A stretch of DNA of 64,000 bases, taken from the IMG/VR virus record IMGVR_UViG_3300048058_000019, one strand, 5' to 3'. Below the pieces are notes generated by a model. The model saw only the letters and a program-made list of their open reading frames with translations. It ran no database searches and was not told the origin of the DNA. This document shows, in pieces, positions 9,472-17,428 of this stretch (position 1 is its first letter; each line of letters starts with the position of its first letter). Source of the DNA: a virus (Duplodnaviria; Heunggongvirae; Uroviricota; Caudoviricetes). The position numbers and the translations under genes were made by a program.

Positions 9472-10226
9472 TTCTTGACCTCTACCTCTTCAACCTGCTC
9501 TGCATCTGCAAACATCTTGTCTGACATTCTAGCGAGGAATGCAGCAAGCCTGTAATAGATCGCTTTAAAGAACCTCTTGATCGGATCATTGAGCATTGTC
9601 CAGATGAAGCTCCACGGCCAATAAGTCATCCAAGTGAGGATGCGGGCCTTGTGCTTCCTAGGCTGAGGCTTATATTCAAAACAATAAGTCTCAGATGGAC
9701 ACGGTGTATAAAAATGTCCCTGCTTTACTATGGCAGCCCACTCTACCTTAGCGGTGGGTAGAATCTGATCATTTTCGTCATATTCTTCATCTTCAAGATC
9801 GAGTAGATCTTGGGGTTGCGGAGACCTACCTCTAGCACCTGCTAGGTGTTTCCTAGGCTTGTACTTGATAGGAGCAACGTAATGCCAATTGGGCTTACCG
9901 AAGTTCTCTGTAAAGGCCGCAAAAGCTTCGCTATATTTCTCTCGCTGATCTTTAACGAAGAACCACCACTTACTAACTCCCCAGAAGCTTCCAAAGACGA
10001 AATATGCTGCGATATATATTCCTGTCGTCCACGGGTTTTCTGTTACCCAACCAAATATATTGAGTTCGCCCCAGATATGGAGGGCGACCACCACCGCCGC
10101 AAGAGTCAGGAATGCTCCCCACCCCTTCTCATATTCAGTTGCTACGAATATCAAGACGGTCGCCGTGGCGACCAGAATCCAGAACCAAAGCGTTCCGAAT
10201 GCGAACAACAAGGCGGCAGTTTCCAT
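9468..10226 (-). CDS. integral membrane protein (252 aa), possible NfeD-like partner of the adjacent SPFH gene
   Basis: Several hydrophobic helices in the N-terminal half (LLFAFGTLWFWILVATATVLIFVA..., FLTLAAVVVALHIW..., GIYIAAYFVFGSFWGV...), then a soluble C-terminal half. Lies immediately upstream of the SPFH gene on the coding strand. Confidence 0.55.
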   Translation of the reverse strand: METAALLFAFGTLWFWILVATATVLIFVATEYEKGWGAFLTLAAVVVALHIWGELNIFGWVTENPWTTGIYIAAYFVFGSFWGVSKWWFFVKDQREKYSEAFAAFTENFGKPNWHYVAPIKYKPRKHLAGARGRSPQPQDLLDLEDEEYDENDQILPTAKVEWAAIVKQGHFYTPCPSETYCFEYKPQPRKHKARILTWMTYWPWSFIWTMLNDPIKRFFKAIYYRLAAFLARMSDKMFADAEQVEEVEVKK

Positions 10227-10235
10227 AACAGTTCC

Positions 10236-10422
10236 TTAGCTCCCTTGGTTTCCGTTATCCTTGAGACACATTATCTCGACTAATTTTTCTTCGATCTCGT
10301 CGTGCTTCTCTTTCACCAAGTCGAGCAAATATTTCGCTTCTTGTGCGGAAGGCTCTCTCCGATAGCGCCTTTCAAAGGCGTCCCATAACTCCTTGCGGAG
10401 TCCTGCAAACAAGAGTTCCATT
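10236..10422 (-). CDS. hypothetical small protein (MELLFAGLRKELWDAF..., about 61 aa)
   Basis: Internal ATG at 10422 is preceded by AAGGAGGTAAAA. The longer track ORF, 10236-10469, would extend into the GC-rich palindromic element. Confidence 0.3.
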
Positions 10423-10517
10423 TTTACCTCCTTGCACGTGACTCCGGGGACCCTCCCAGGACCCTCCACGCAGGAGAGCCCCAGGAGAGCCCCCGGAGGG
10501 GCTCCCCGTAGGGAGTT
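10423..10517. promoter_or_regulatory. GC-rich palindromic/repeat element between the SPFH gene and the next gene
   Basis: Locally GC-rich, unlike its surroundings. Perfect 7-bp inverted repeat gagcccc/ggggctc (10487-10493/10498-10504) around a 4-nt loop; tandem GGACCCTCC(C/A) and CAGGAGAGCCCC repeats. No U-tract follows the hairpin on the coding strand. Confidence 0.25.
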
Positions 10518-11489
10518 TTACTTCTTGTCCTCAGGGATCTGAATCAAGGGCATGACGTTGCCGTCCCCGCCCATCATGTAGCGAGGAAGGTCGCCCGACC
10601 ACTTCTCCAACCACTGACGCTGAATCAGAGCGGGAGTCAGCGAAGCGGCAACTCGCTCGTTGTATTCCGCTTGCGCTTCACCCTTGATCTTCAGAGCATC
10701 AGCTTCACCCTTAGCAGCCTCTCGAGCGGCATCGGCCTGACCTTTAGCGGTGGCCGCAGCGATTTCAGCCTGCTTCTCAGCACTCTGGAGCTGGTAGACC
10801 TTCTCCAAAGCCTGCTGTTCCTGAACCTGCTTCTTCTTAATGGCCGCTTCGTACTCGTCATCAAACCGAACGTCGGCAATCGAGATTTCGGTCAGCTGAA
10901 CGCCGTACTTCACCAGCCACTTGGCCAGGTTATCCTGGACCTTACTCTTCATCTGAGGACGTTTGACCAGAATCTCAGATGCCTTGTAGAGGGCCGTCTC
11001 GGCCTTCAAGACTTCCTGAGCCGCCGGGATGATAATGCGATCAGCATATTCGATACCAATCGTATCGAAAATCTTCGGGGCGGAATCAGCCAACATCTTG
11101 AAGTTCAGCGTCATATCAACTTCGATAGTCTGCTGATCGGCGGTGGCGCTTCCGTAGGTGGCGGTGTGCTTGTTGATCTGGCGGTCCATGGATTCGATAT
11201 CGGCCCAAGGCTTCACGAAGCTAACACCCGAATTGAGGGGGCGTTCCTGAACCTTACCGAACTCGACCACGACACCGACCTGACCAGGATCCACGATGCG
11301 AATCGTGGAATACGCCAGCATACCAAACAAGGCGACGAAAGCCAGAACGAAGCATGCGTTCCCACCGAACGCGAACGTGCCGTCGCTACCGGCGCGCTTA
11401 GACTCGTTGGTCTTACCGAGCGACTTGAGAACCTTGCCCAATATGAACAAGGCCGCGAACAAGACAACAGCAACAATCAGTTTACCCAT
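10518..11489 (-). CDS. SPFH/band-7 (prohibitin/HflK/C-like) membrane protein
   Basis: N-terminal TM helix KLIVAVVLFAALFILG, SPFH-like core, and a long Ala/Glu/Lys/Gln-rich coiled-coil C-terminus. GGAGGAAAAATG RBS. Confidence 0.8.
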   Translation of the reverse strand: MGKLIVAVVLFAALFILGKVLKSLGKTNESKRAGSDGTFAFGGNACFVLAFVALFGMLAYSTIRIVDPGQVGVVVEFGKVQERPLNSGVSFVKPWADIESMDRQINKHTATYGSATADQQTIEVDMTLNFKMLADSAPKIFDTIGIEYADRIIIPAAQEVLKAETALYKASEILVKRPQMKSKVQDNLAKWLVKYGVQLTEISIADVRFDDEYEAAIKKKQVQEQQALEKVYQLQSAEKQAEIAAATAKGQADAAREAAKGEADALKIKGEAQAEYNERVAASLTPALIQRQWLEKWSGDLPRYMMGGDGNVMPLIQIPEDKK

Positions 11490-11992
11490 TTTTCCTCCAA
11501 AATACCATTAGACTTCTTCAACTCAACCAGTTTGGATTTCCATTTCTTCACTTTCATCCGATCAAAGCTCTCTACCTCTACGCCATGTTTCATCAACTCC
11601 TTAAAGCGACGGTGTGCACTTCTAACCACCATAAATGGAATACGTCCGTATACACCCCTACTTCCCCTCTTCTTCTGGTTCTTAAGTAGCTGATTCCAGG
11701 GCGTGTCGAAGACGATAGCCTCTACTTCGTAGCCTTGACTCTTGGCCATCCTCGCCCAGCGCCGTCTGGTCTTCCCATCAACGAACTGAGCATCAACAAC
11801 GAAAGGTTCCTTGCTAGTAAAGAGCTCGAGGGCCATCTGACTTGCGTGTTTCCACGCAAGATTCGCCTTGCCGAAGGTCCATCTTCCCGCAACATAATCA
11901 TCGGGCGAAACACAGGCCAAATGCGAGAGATACTTCTTCCGATAGGTAGACTTCCCTGAACCGGTTGGCCCGATGAGCATGTAAAGGATCAT
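11477..11992 (-). CDS. P-loop polynucleotide-kinase-like protein (T4 Pnk kinase-domain-like, kinase only)
   Basis: MILYMLIGPTGSGKSTYRKKYL resembles the T4 Pnk N-terminus [22 protein letters not shown] (Walker A). At 171 aa there is no room for the HAD phosphatase domain. Confidence 0.65.
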   Translation of the reverse strand: MILYMLIGPTGSGKSTYRKKYLSHLACVSPDDYVAGRWTFGKANLAWKHASQMALELFTSKEPFVVDAQFVDGKTRRRWARMAKSQGYEVEAIVFDTPWNQLLKNQKKRGSRGVYGRIPFMVVRSAHRRFKELMKHGVEVESFDRMKVKKWKSKLVELKKSNGILEEKWVN

Positions 11993-11993
11993 A

Positions 11994-12299
11994 TTACCCT
12001 CTAATTAAGGAAGGACGAATCCCTCGTTTCCGGCGATCTTCTCGGTGCAATTTTCTGTAATCTTCGATGCCTAGCGCAACGTAGTGTTCAATCTTCTCAA
12101 AAAATTCCGGATCTTCAGCTTTAACAGGACCCTTGGGGGTTAATACTTTGTTCTTGAATACCTGAAGAATGTGAACCTGACCTCCTTTTACGGAGGCATA
12201 CCACATTCGCGAGTCATCACCCATGACTAGATTCTCATGCCAAGACTTTTTAGATTCGTTGGCCCAATCTGTGATCAAGTCATTAAGACTAGGTGACAC
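11994..12299 (-). CDS. hypothetical protein, DPxFF-motif family member (101 aa)
   Basis: Contains KAEDPEFFEKIEHYVALG. Confidence 0.45.
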   Translation of the reverse strand: MSPSLNDLITDWANESKKSWHENLVMGDDSRMWYASVKGGQVHILQVFKNKVLTPKGPVKAEDPEFFEKIEHYVALGIEDYRKLHREDRRKRGIRPSLIRG

Positions 12300-12828
12300 T
12301 TTTCCTCTCCTTCAACCGCCTGTCGTACAGAACAATATTTACAGCCGCTGCCAGATTTGCGCAATGCTTGGTGGGAATTACGACAAATCTGTGACAGTGC
12401 ATAACGTGGACCTTCTCTAGTGAGCCGTCTTCAGGACCAAAGACGTACACCGCATTCTCGGGGTGTATGAAGTCCGGAAGACTCTCTGCGTTCGGACGGA
12501 TCTCAACAGCAACCGGCGTTATACCCTTAGGGAAGTGATCAAAGGGATAGTCGAATTGAACCATTTCAACATCTCGATATCCTTTCATCCTCTCCTCGCG
12601 AGGAAGACGTTCACCCTTCTCAAGGTCGAGAGATACCCTGTTGCCGGTCCACCACACCTGCTTCGCATCGAAGTTCGACGCGGCGCGGACCGCCGCACCA
12701 ACGTTATGTGCATACTTAGGGTTGATTAAAATTACGGACGGTGTGGTACCCACCGGAGGTACATTCTTACCCCAGATTGCTTTTTTGAACCTTCCATCTA
12801 GAGGAGCGAGGTCTTCTTCACGCACCAA
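12289..12828 (-). CDS. SpoU/TrmH-family (SPOUT) RNA 2'-O-methyltransferase
   Basis: NVGAAVRAA (SPOUT motif 1) and VYVFGPEDGSL (motif 2 region); the size, 179 aa, is typical of minimal TrmL/SpoU enzymes. Confidence 0.7.
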   Translation of the reverse strand: MVREEDLAPLDGRFKKAIWGKNVPPVGTTPSVILINPKYAHNVGAAVRAASNFDAKQVWWTGNRVSLDLEKGERLPREERMKGYRDVEMVQFDYPFDHFPKGITPVAVEIRPNAESLPDFIHPENAVYVFGPEDGSLEKVHVMHCHRFVVIPTKHCANLAAAVNIVLYDRRLKERKSVT

Positions 12829-13258
12829 ACCATTCCTTAAGTTGGAGTGTCAATTTGTCGAAGAGTTGAGGATCAGCGATGTTTAATTTGGGCCATCTCT
12901 CAGGCCCATAACGGAGCTGAAGCTCGGGTTCATTAAACTCCACAACGAAATCACGATAACCACTACCGGAATTAACACTGACATCAATGGAGTCGCTGTA
13001 CGTCCCTCCGGTGAGGTCACACTTCTTATAATGAGAGGAGAGAGGTTTTAATGCTTTACGGACAATCCGCTTTCGCATATTCAGCTTGCGAACCAAGGGA
13101 TTTGGCTTCGTACGCTCGAACGTCCCTAAATCCTCAGTTTGGATCTTCAGATCCCGAATAACAGGAAGGGAATACAACTTGCTTTCAAAATCAGCGATTG
13201 TGGTCGATTCTGGAATGTTTAAATCAAGTGTAACCCTAAGTTTCCTCAACTTCATCAA
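12818..13258 (-). CDS. hypothetical protein, DPxFF-motif family member (146 aa)
   Basis: C-terminus KLNIADPQLFDKLTLQLKEWFGA. Confidence 0.45.
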   Translation of the reverse strand: MMKLRKLRVTLDLNIPESTTIADFESKLYSLPVIRDLKIQTEDLGTFERTKPNPLVRKLNMRKRIVRKALKPLSSHYKKCDLTGGTYSDSIDVSVNSGSGYRDFVVEFNEPELQLRYGPERWPKLNIADPQLFDKLTLQLKEWFGA

Positions 13259-13586
13259 ACTTTCCCCGAAGCTTAGTAAGCTGATTTGCTCGCTTGGTTA
13301 ACTTCTTAACCTTAGCATCAATAGCGTTTTGAATGCCCTTTCTGATATCCTTGATGATTGTCTCATCGTTGACAAGGGATACGTAACCTGTCACCTTGGT
13401 ATCGCGATTGCCAGCCTTCATCATCACTTTTCCATCTCTTGGAGTGATGAAGAGTTCGACGCTTCCAAAGTTCCCGATGGGTGCTTCTACTGATTGGTGA
13501 TAGACAACAGCTCTTGCTTTTAGGTCGAGCCTCTCTAGAAGGGTGACGAGATACACTCCCATATCTTCTTGGCGTTTATTCCACAT
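13236..13586 (-). CDS. hypothetical protein (116 aa)
   Basis: Minus-strand ORF in the tiling path. Confidence 0.4.
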   Translation of the reverse strand: MWNKRQEDMGVYLVTLLERLDLKARAVVYHQSVEAPIGNFGSVELFITPRDGKVMMKAGNRDTKVTGYVSLVNDETIIKDIRKGIQNAIDAKVKKLTKRANQLTKLRGKFDEVEET

Positions 13587-13974
13587 CGCAATTCTCGATC
13601 ATCTCCTTGATCTCGTCCAGGTAACGCTTCGCGGTTTTAAGCACATTACGAACGGCGGTTTTGGGTGTCCTCCCGTGGGCAACCCACCTTCCACCAGCGT
13701 CGTTTTTCGCACCTAAGAAGGCGGTGTAACCTGTTATCCTGCCCATGTAATCGTCTGCGTGGACTCTAATCCTGCCGCAAGGCGATTGAACATTGTAGTG
13801 CCAACCCAAGTTTTCATGTACGCGTGTAGTCCACCTTTTACCAAGGGCTAGAGCAAGTAACTTGCTCTCGTTCGTAGCCTTGTCGAATGCTGCTTTCGTG
13901 CAGTTTCCTCCACAGGCAGAGGCGCAGTAGATATGCCCTCTACGAATTGGTGTCCACGAGAGAGACTTTCCCAT
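13576..13974 (-). CDS. hypothetical Cys-containing protein (132 aa)
   Basis: Minus-strand ORF; contains CASACGGNC. Confidence 0.45.
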   Translation of the reverse strand: MGKSLSWTPIRRGHIYCASACGGNCTKAAFDKATNESKLLALALGKRWTTRVHENLGWHYNVQSPCGRIRVHADDYMGRITGYTAFLGAKNDAGGRWVAHGRTPKTAVRNVLKTAKRYLDEIKEMIENCDVE

Positions 13975-14179
13975 TTTCTTCCTTTAACCTCAGGCCTTTG
14001 AGAGGCCCGTAATGTGCTTCTGCACGTCCCTTAGCCCACAAAACAATACAACGAGGACAGAAGCTAACATTCTGAGGATTTTCATCCCAACAATTGATCA
14101 CACAATGCTTTACGCCTTTTTCGTTCTCTAAGAGCCATAAAGTTAGACCAAACATTACGCCAAGTGCATCTTTTTCCAC
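13940..14179 (-). CDS. hypothetical protein (79 aa)
   Basis: Minus-strand ORF; contains CVINCW..CPRC. Confidence 0.35.
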   Translation of the reverse strand: MEKDALGVMFGLTLWLLENEKGVKHCVINCWDENPQNVSFCPRCIVLWAKGRAEAHYGPLKGLRLKEENGKVSLVDTNS

Positions 14180-14586
14180 TACTTCTTCTCTTTCACAAGA
14201 CGCTTGATAGTCTTGTCGAGTACCGCAAGAACTTGGCGCTTAGAGCGCCCCTTGTGATCGTTATATGATACAACGATGTCAAGGTTCGACGCCAGCTTAA
14301 AAGCTTTGTATCCTTGACTTACGATGGTGTCTGCCAGAGCCTTCATTGGCGTCTCAACCGTCTTATGCTTACCAACGACCTTCTCCACAGCTCCAGCTAA
14401 ACAAAAGGAAAAAGCTTCCTTCTCGAAGCTCTCACAAATTCGCCCATCCTCAGTATAGGATGAGTAATCCTGTGCCCAGCGACCCCGCCCCTCAATGAGC
14501 TTGCGGGTCTTTTTTAGGATAGCGGAATTCTTCACAGCATCCTCTGTGCGATAACCTGTCCCACCGACTCCGCCAAGGCCTCGCAA
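14179..14586 (-). CDS. hypothetical protein (135 aa)
   Basis: Minus-strand ORF; shares a 1-nt junction with the previous gene. Confidence 0.4.
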   Translation of the reverse strand: MRGLGGVGGTGYRTEDAVKNSAILKKTRKLIEGRGRWAQDYSSYTEDGRICESFEKEAFSFCLAGAVEKVVGKHKTVETPMKALADTIVSQGYKAFKLASNLDIVVSYNDHKGRSKRQVLAVLDKTIKRLVKEKK

Positions 14587-15119
14587 TCATCGCCGGTCTC
14601 GATGAGTTGCTTTGATTTTACTCTGAACTTCCAGTGACCACTCTGACTTCCTTCAATCCTGAAGGAGCGCTCAGGACCGAAAAGTAGCTCAGTTATAGGC
14701 GATAGTTCGCTGTGAGCTTCCTTACGATGGATGATCCTGGCATACACCTGAGCCCTGATCTTGGGATCGTGGAGCTTCTTCTTGTCAACTTCAGAGAGTA
14801 CGAAATCGTCCTCAGTCACAAACTTCATCTCATCAATTTTGGATGAAGTCCCAATCTGTTTGGCGATCTCGGTCTGGATTTCGAACTCCTCCTCCGTGAC
14901 GTCTTCGTAACCCTTCGAGTACTTCTCGTCTGTCTTCCTGTCAATAAAATCGTCACGGGAGTAGGAATCAGAGAACTTTTTGACGGTAGGTTTCCCACCC
15001 TTTGTCCCCAAGCGACCGTGACGGGTTGTAACGACGTACTCGCCGTCTTCGTGCTCATACATCCAGAACTTGTTGCTTCCTTCCTCGGAACAGATTAAAA
15101 TCTTCTTCTGCATAAACAC
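14532..15119 (-). CDS. WGR-domain protein
   Basis: SNKFWMYEHEDGEYVVTTRHGRLGTKGGKP fits the WGR signature (SNKFY...W-G-R-I/L-G..G). Confidence 0.55.
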   Translation of the reverse strand: MFMQKKILICSEEGSNKFWMYEHEDGEYVVTTRHGRLGTKGGKPTVKKFSDSYSRDDFIDRKTDEKYSKGYEDVTEEEFEIQTEIAKQIGTSSKIDEMKFVTEDDFVLSEVDKKKLHDPKIRAQVYARIIHRKEAHSELSPITELLFGPERSFRIEGSQSGHWKFRVKSKQLIETGDDCEALAESVGQVIAQRML

Positions 15120-15121
15120 TC

Positions 15122-15583
15122 CTAGAGATTAGAACCAACCATATTCACTAACTCATCCTTACGAAGGGATGAATTCAAGTTCGATGCCTTAACCAAGTAC
15201 CAGATAGTTTTATTATCGCGATAACTCTTCAAACCCTTTTGGGCGTTTCGTTTCCCCAAGTCGAGGAAAGAGATTCGCCGGTAAAACTCATCCTCAAAAA
15301 GAAGATATGTCACCCCAGCCTTCCCTTCATAAACCGAAAGGAAGCCACGTCCAGGTCGGAATTTGAGCATGACCTTCCTATCGGGAGAAGCTAACATTTG
15401 GTTAGGGATGTCACTCCACGTTTCTATATCCCATCGGAAGGGGAATTCGACTTCGTGGACGTCGGAAATTTGTCCCTTCCTGAGAGACTTCCTTAGGATT
15501 CCAGGGATACGAAGATTATTCCTTACCGGGCCTATGAAGTCGACGGGGACGACCTGAACATCCTTGATTTCAAGGCGATTCAT
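15122..15583 (-). CDS. hypothetical protein (about 153 aa)
   Basis: The first codon of the track ORF at 15589 is GTG. An ATG at 15583 (MNRLEIK) forms an ATGA overlap with the upstream small ORF. Confidence 0.45.
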   Translation of the reverse strand: MNRLEIKDVQVVPVDFIGPVRNNLRIPGILRKSLRKGQISDVHEVEFPFRWDIETWSDIPNQMLASPDRKVMLKFRPGRGFLSVYEGKAGVTYLLFEDEFYRRISFLDLGKRNAQKGLKSYRDNKTIWYLVKASNLNSSLRKDELVNMVGSNL

Positions 15584-15744
15584 ACCCACTGAACCTCTCG
15601 AGTTCCATCTAACCAGCGATGGACAAAATCTCGTAATTCATCTAGACACGTCTGGCAGAGCACAGCAGTGATCAAGATACCTTCTCCAGGCATGATCTTA
15701 GTTTCACTACCGCTTCGCTTGCGACAGCGAGAACAAGCTACCAT
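15580..15744 (-). CDS. small zinc-ribbon protein (54 aa; MVACSRCRKRSG...CQTCLDEL)
   Basis: Not in the track (under 60 aa). Its TAATG and ATGA overlaps with both neighbours fill an otherwise 155-nt gap. Confidence 0.4.
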   Translation of the reverse strand: MVACSRCRKRSGSETKIMPGEGILITAVLCQTCLDELRDFVHRWLDGTREVQWV

Positions 15745-16160
15745 TACTTCACCTTGATTGTGAGGAGACCTGATGCTGCCATTTCCATCATCTGGTTTTC
15801 GGGAAGGGTCCCCGGTGGGAACACCGTCTTAGGTGTGAGAAGGTCGAACAAGCCAAGCGCATGGCCGAGCGCCATGAATTGGAGAGCCAACCCCTGACTA
15901 CCAAGCCAAGCTCCTAACTCGATGTAACTGTGTTCCTTACCATCTAGGGGAGTGATATCATCATCTGTCCACTCACCCTTGTGTTCATTGATTAGAGACT
16001 TCAGTTCTTCGAGCTTAGCTTCTCCCGTCACTGCTACCTTAAACAAAACCATGTCGACGGTGTGGTTCTCTAGATCAGGAAGATCTAGTCGATCGCAACA
16101 CTGGCCACATTTACATTCTCCACGCTTGGTATTGCGGGAAACGTATTCACCTAGATCCAT
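15744..16160 (-). CDS. hypothetical protein (138 aa)
   Basis: Minus-strand ORF; contains CKCGQCC near the N-terminus. Confidence 0.45.
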   Translation of the reverse strand: MDLGEYVSRNTKRGECKCGQCCDRLDLPDLENHTVDMVLFKVAVTGEAKLEELKSLINEHKGEWTDDDITPLDGKEHSYIELGAWLGSQGLALQFMALGHALGLFDLLTPKTVFPPGTLPENQMMEMAASGLLTIKVK

Positions 16161-16168
16161 TTTACACC

Positions 16169-16429
16169 TTAATAATTTGGGGTTTCAATCCACGTACCGT
16201 GAGGAGATCCATACTTCAACCAGAGTTCTCTTGACCAATACCATTCTCCAGGCTTGATTCCCTTCTTCCTACGCACCTCGCTCCAGAGGGGTCGCCATAA
16301 TGACCATTGATTATTGCGACCAATGATGTGGAAATTTACGAATTCGTGATCACCCTCTGATGGTAAGGGGTCCGACAATTTAAGCTTCTTCTTCACAGTT
16401 GGACTGTTTTGTTGAGAACTCTCCACCAC
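16169..16429 (-). CDS. hypothetical protein (86 aa)
   Basis: Minus-strand ORF; its start may lie later, since it overlaps the next ORF by 50 nt. Confidence 0.3.
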   Translation of the reverse strand: MVESSQQNSPTVKKKLKLSDPLPSEGDHEFVNFHIIGRNNQWSLWRPLWSEVRRKKGIKPGEWYWSRELWLKYGSPHGTWIETPNY

Positions 16430-16562
16430 AGTGGCGACAAGTCCACCAATTGAGTTGACCTAACGTTCCCATGAACATCAGATCTCCACCACAGAAATTA
16501 CAAATCATCTGTTTCTCGAAATACGCGTGCAACAATTTCTTGGATTCGCGCCCATGCTTCAA
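16380..16562 (-). CDS. small zinc-ribbon protein (60 aa)
   Basis: CNFCGG...CRHCGG. Confidence 0.35.
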   Translation of the reverse strand: MKHGRESKKLLHAYFEKQMICNFCGGDLMFMGTLGQLNWWTCRHCGGEFSTKQSNCEEEA

Positions 16563-16779
16563 GCCGCTCAGGCAGAGGGTCTGGCTCGATGTCTTTACCA
16601 GGATTAGCTGCCATCTCTACTTCGGCTCGAGTATGGTGTCCCTTTATCCCACAGTTTGCGATGTTACATGTGGTACAAAGATCCCGGCTCGAGAAGGTCA
16701 GCTCTCTAATGTCGCGGAGAGCTCCTCTCAGGAGGCGGAATTTACTCTTTAGATTCATCGCCTTCTTTCGCCTTCTCAC
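16498..16779 (-). CDS. hypothetical protein (93 aa)
   Basis: Minus-strand ORF; contains CTTCNIANC. Confidence 0.35.
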   Translation of the reverse strand: MRRRKKAMNLKSKFRLLRGALRDIRELTFSSRDLCTTCNIANCGIKGHHTRAEVEMAANPGKDIEPDPLPERLEAWARIQEIVARVFRETDDL

Positions 16780-16951
16780 GGGCGACGATTGTAGTGATCT
16801 CCCACAGCATCTTACTAGCGATGGTAAGAGCTTCCGCTCTCAGAGTCATTTTCTCAGCAGCCTCTGCGTCGGTTTCAGTGAGTTCTATTGCTTTTGCCCC
16901 GGCCTCTTGAGCGGCGGCTGCGACTTCCCTTACGACCTCGTGGACTTTCAT
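16742..16951 (-). CDS. hypothetical small acidic helical protein
   Basis: Minus-strand ORF; start uncertain (an internal Met at 16849 would remove the overlap with the next ORF). Confidence 0.3.
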   Translation of the reverse strand: MKVHEVVREVAAAAQEAGAKAIELTETDAEAAEKMTLRAEALTIASKMLWEITTIVAREKAKEGDESKE

Positions 16952-17189
16952 ACTTATTCTTCCTCATCTTGCGTTTCGGTAAGAGATTGTGTTTGGCTAG
17001 AATTAGGTCGCTGAGCCGATATTCAGAGTCGACATACTTATCCCATACTTCAACAAAGCTTGCTGCTGCTCGCAAGCCCGCATCCCATGCTTCACGATCT
17101 CGAAGGATTGGATGTTGGTCCTTCTTGGCCTTCTCATCCTTCTGCCATTCGAGAAAAGCAACGGGGACGGTCCAAATGGGTTCAGTCAT
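16875..17189 (-). CDS. hypothetical protein (104 aa)
   Basis: Minus-strand ORF; the low-complexity Arg/Ser C-terminus may be read-through. Confidence 0.3.
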   Translation of the reverse strand: MTEPIWTVPVAFLEWQKDEKAKKDQHPILRDREAWDAGLRAAASFVEVWDKYVDSEYRLSDLILAKHNLLPKRKMRKNKYESPRGRKGSRSRRSRGRGKSNRTH

Positions 17190-17325
17190 AATCTTCTTCG
17201 TGAAGATGCATCCACACTCGTGCCATCAAGAAATTCATCCTCACATCAGGATTATCGCTGATGCGATATGGAATCTCATCTACAAGATTAGAGCGTGACT
17301 TAGGTGCTACGATTTTGAAATTCAT
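17182..17325 (-). CDS. small protein of the N-F-K-I-x-A-P N-terminal-motif family (MNFKIVAPKSRSNL..., 47 aa)
   Basis: Trimmed to the ATG at 17325, so that the protein begins with MNFKIVAP, as do about 10 other small ORFs in the window. Confidence 0.45.
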   Translation of the reverse strand: MNFKIVAPKSRSNLVDEIPYRISDNPDVRMNFLMARVWMHLHEEDYD

Positions 17326-17428
17326 GACTCTCAACTCAAAATCCCCGCCACAACCACCATAGTTGTGACGACGAGGGCAATCACCATCAAGATTCTTGCA
17401 TCCCATGGTCGCTCAGTTTGACACTTCA

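Noticed and set aside
10487-10504. GC hairpin after the SPFH gene as an intrinsic terminator
   Set aside because: No U-tract follows it on either strand. It is kept only as part of the GC-rich regulatory or repeat element.
10671-11693. 340-aa plus-strand ORF
   Set aside because: It lies antisense across the SPFH gene 10518-11489, which has clear domain architecture and a strong RBS. Its sequence is low-complexity Leu/Ser/Arg, typical of a shadow ORF.
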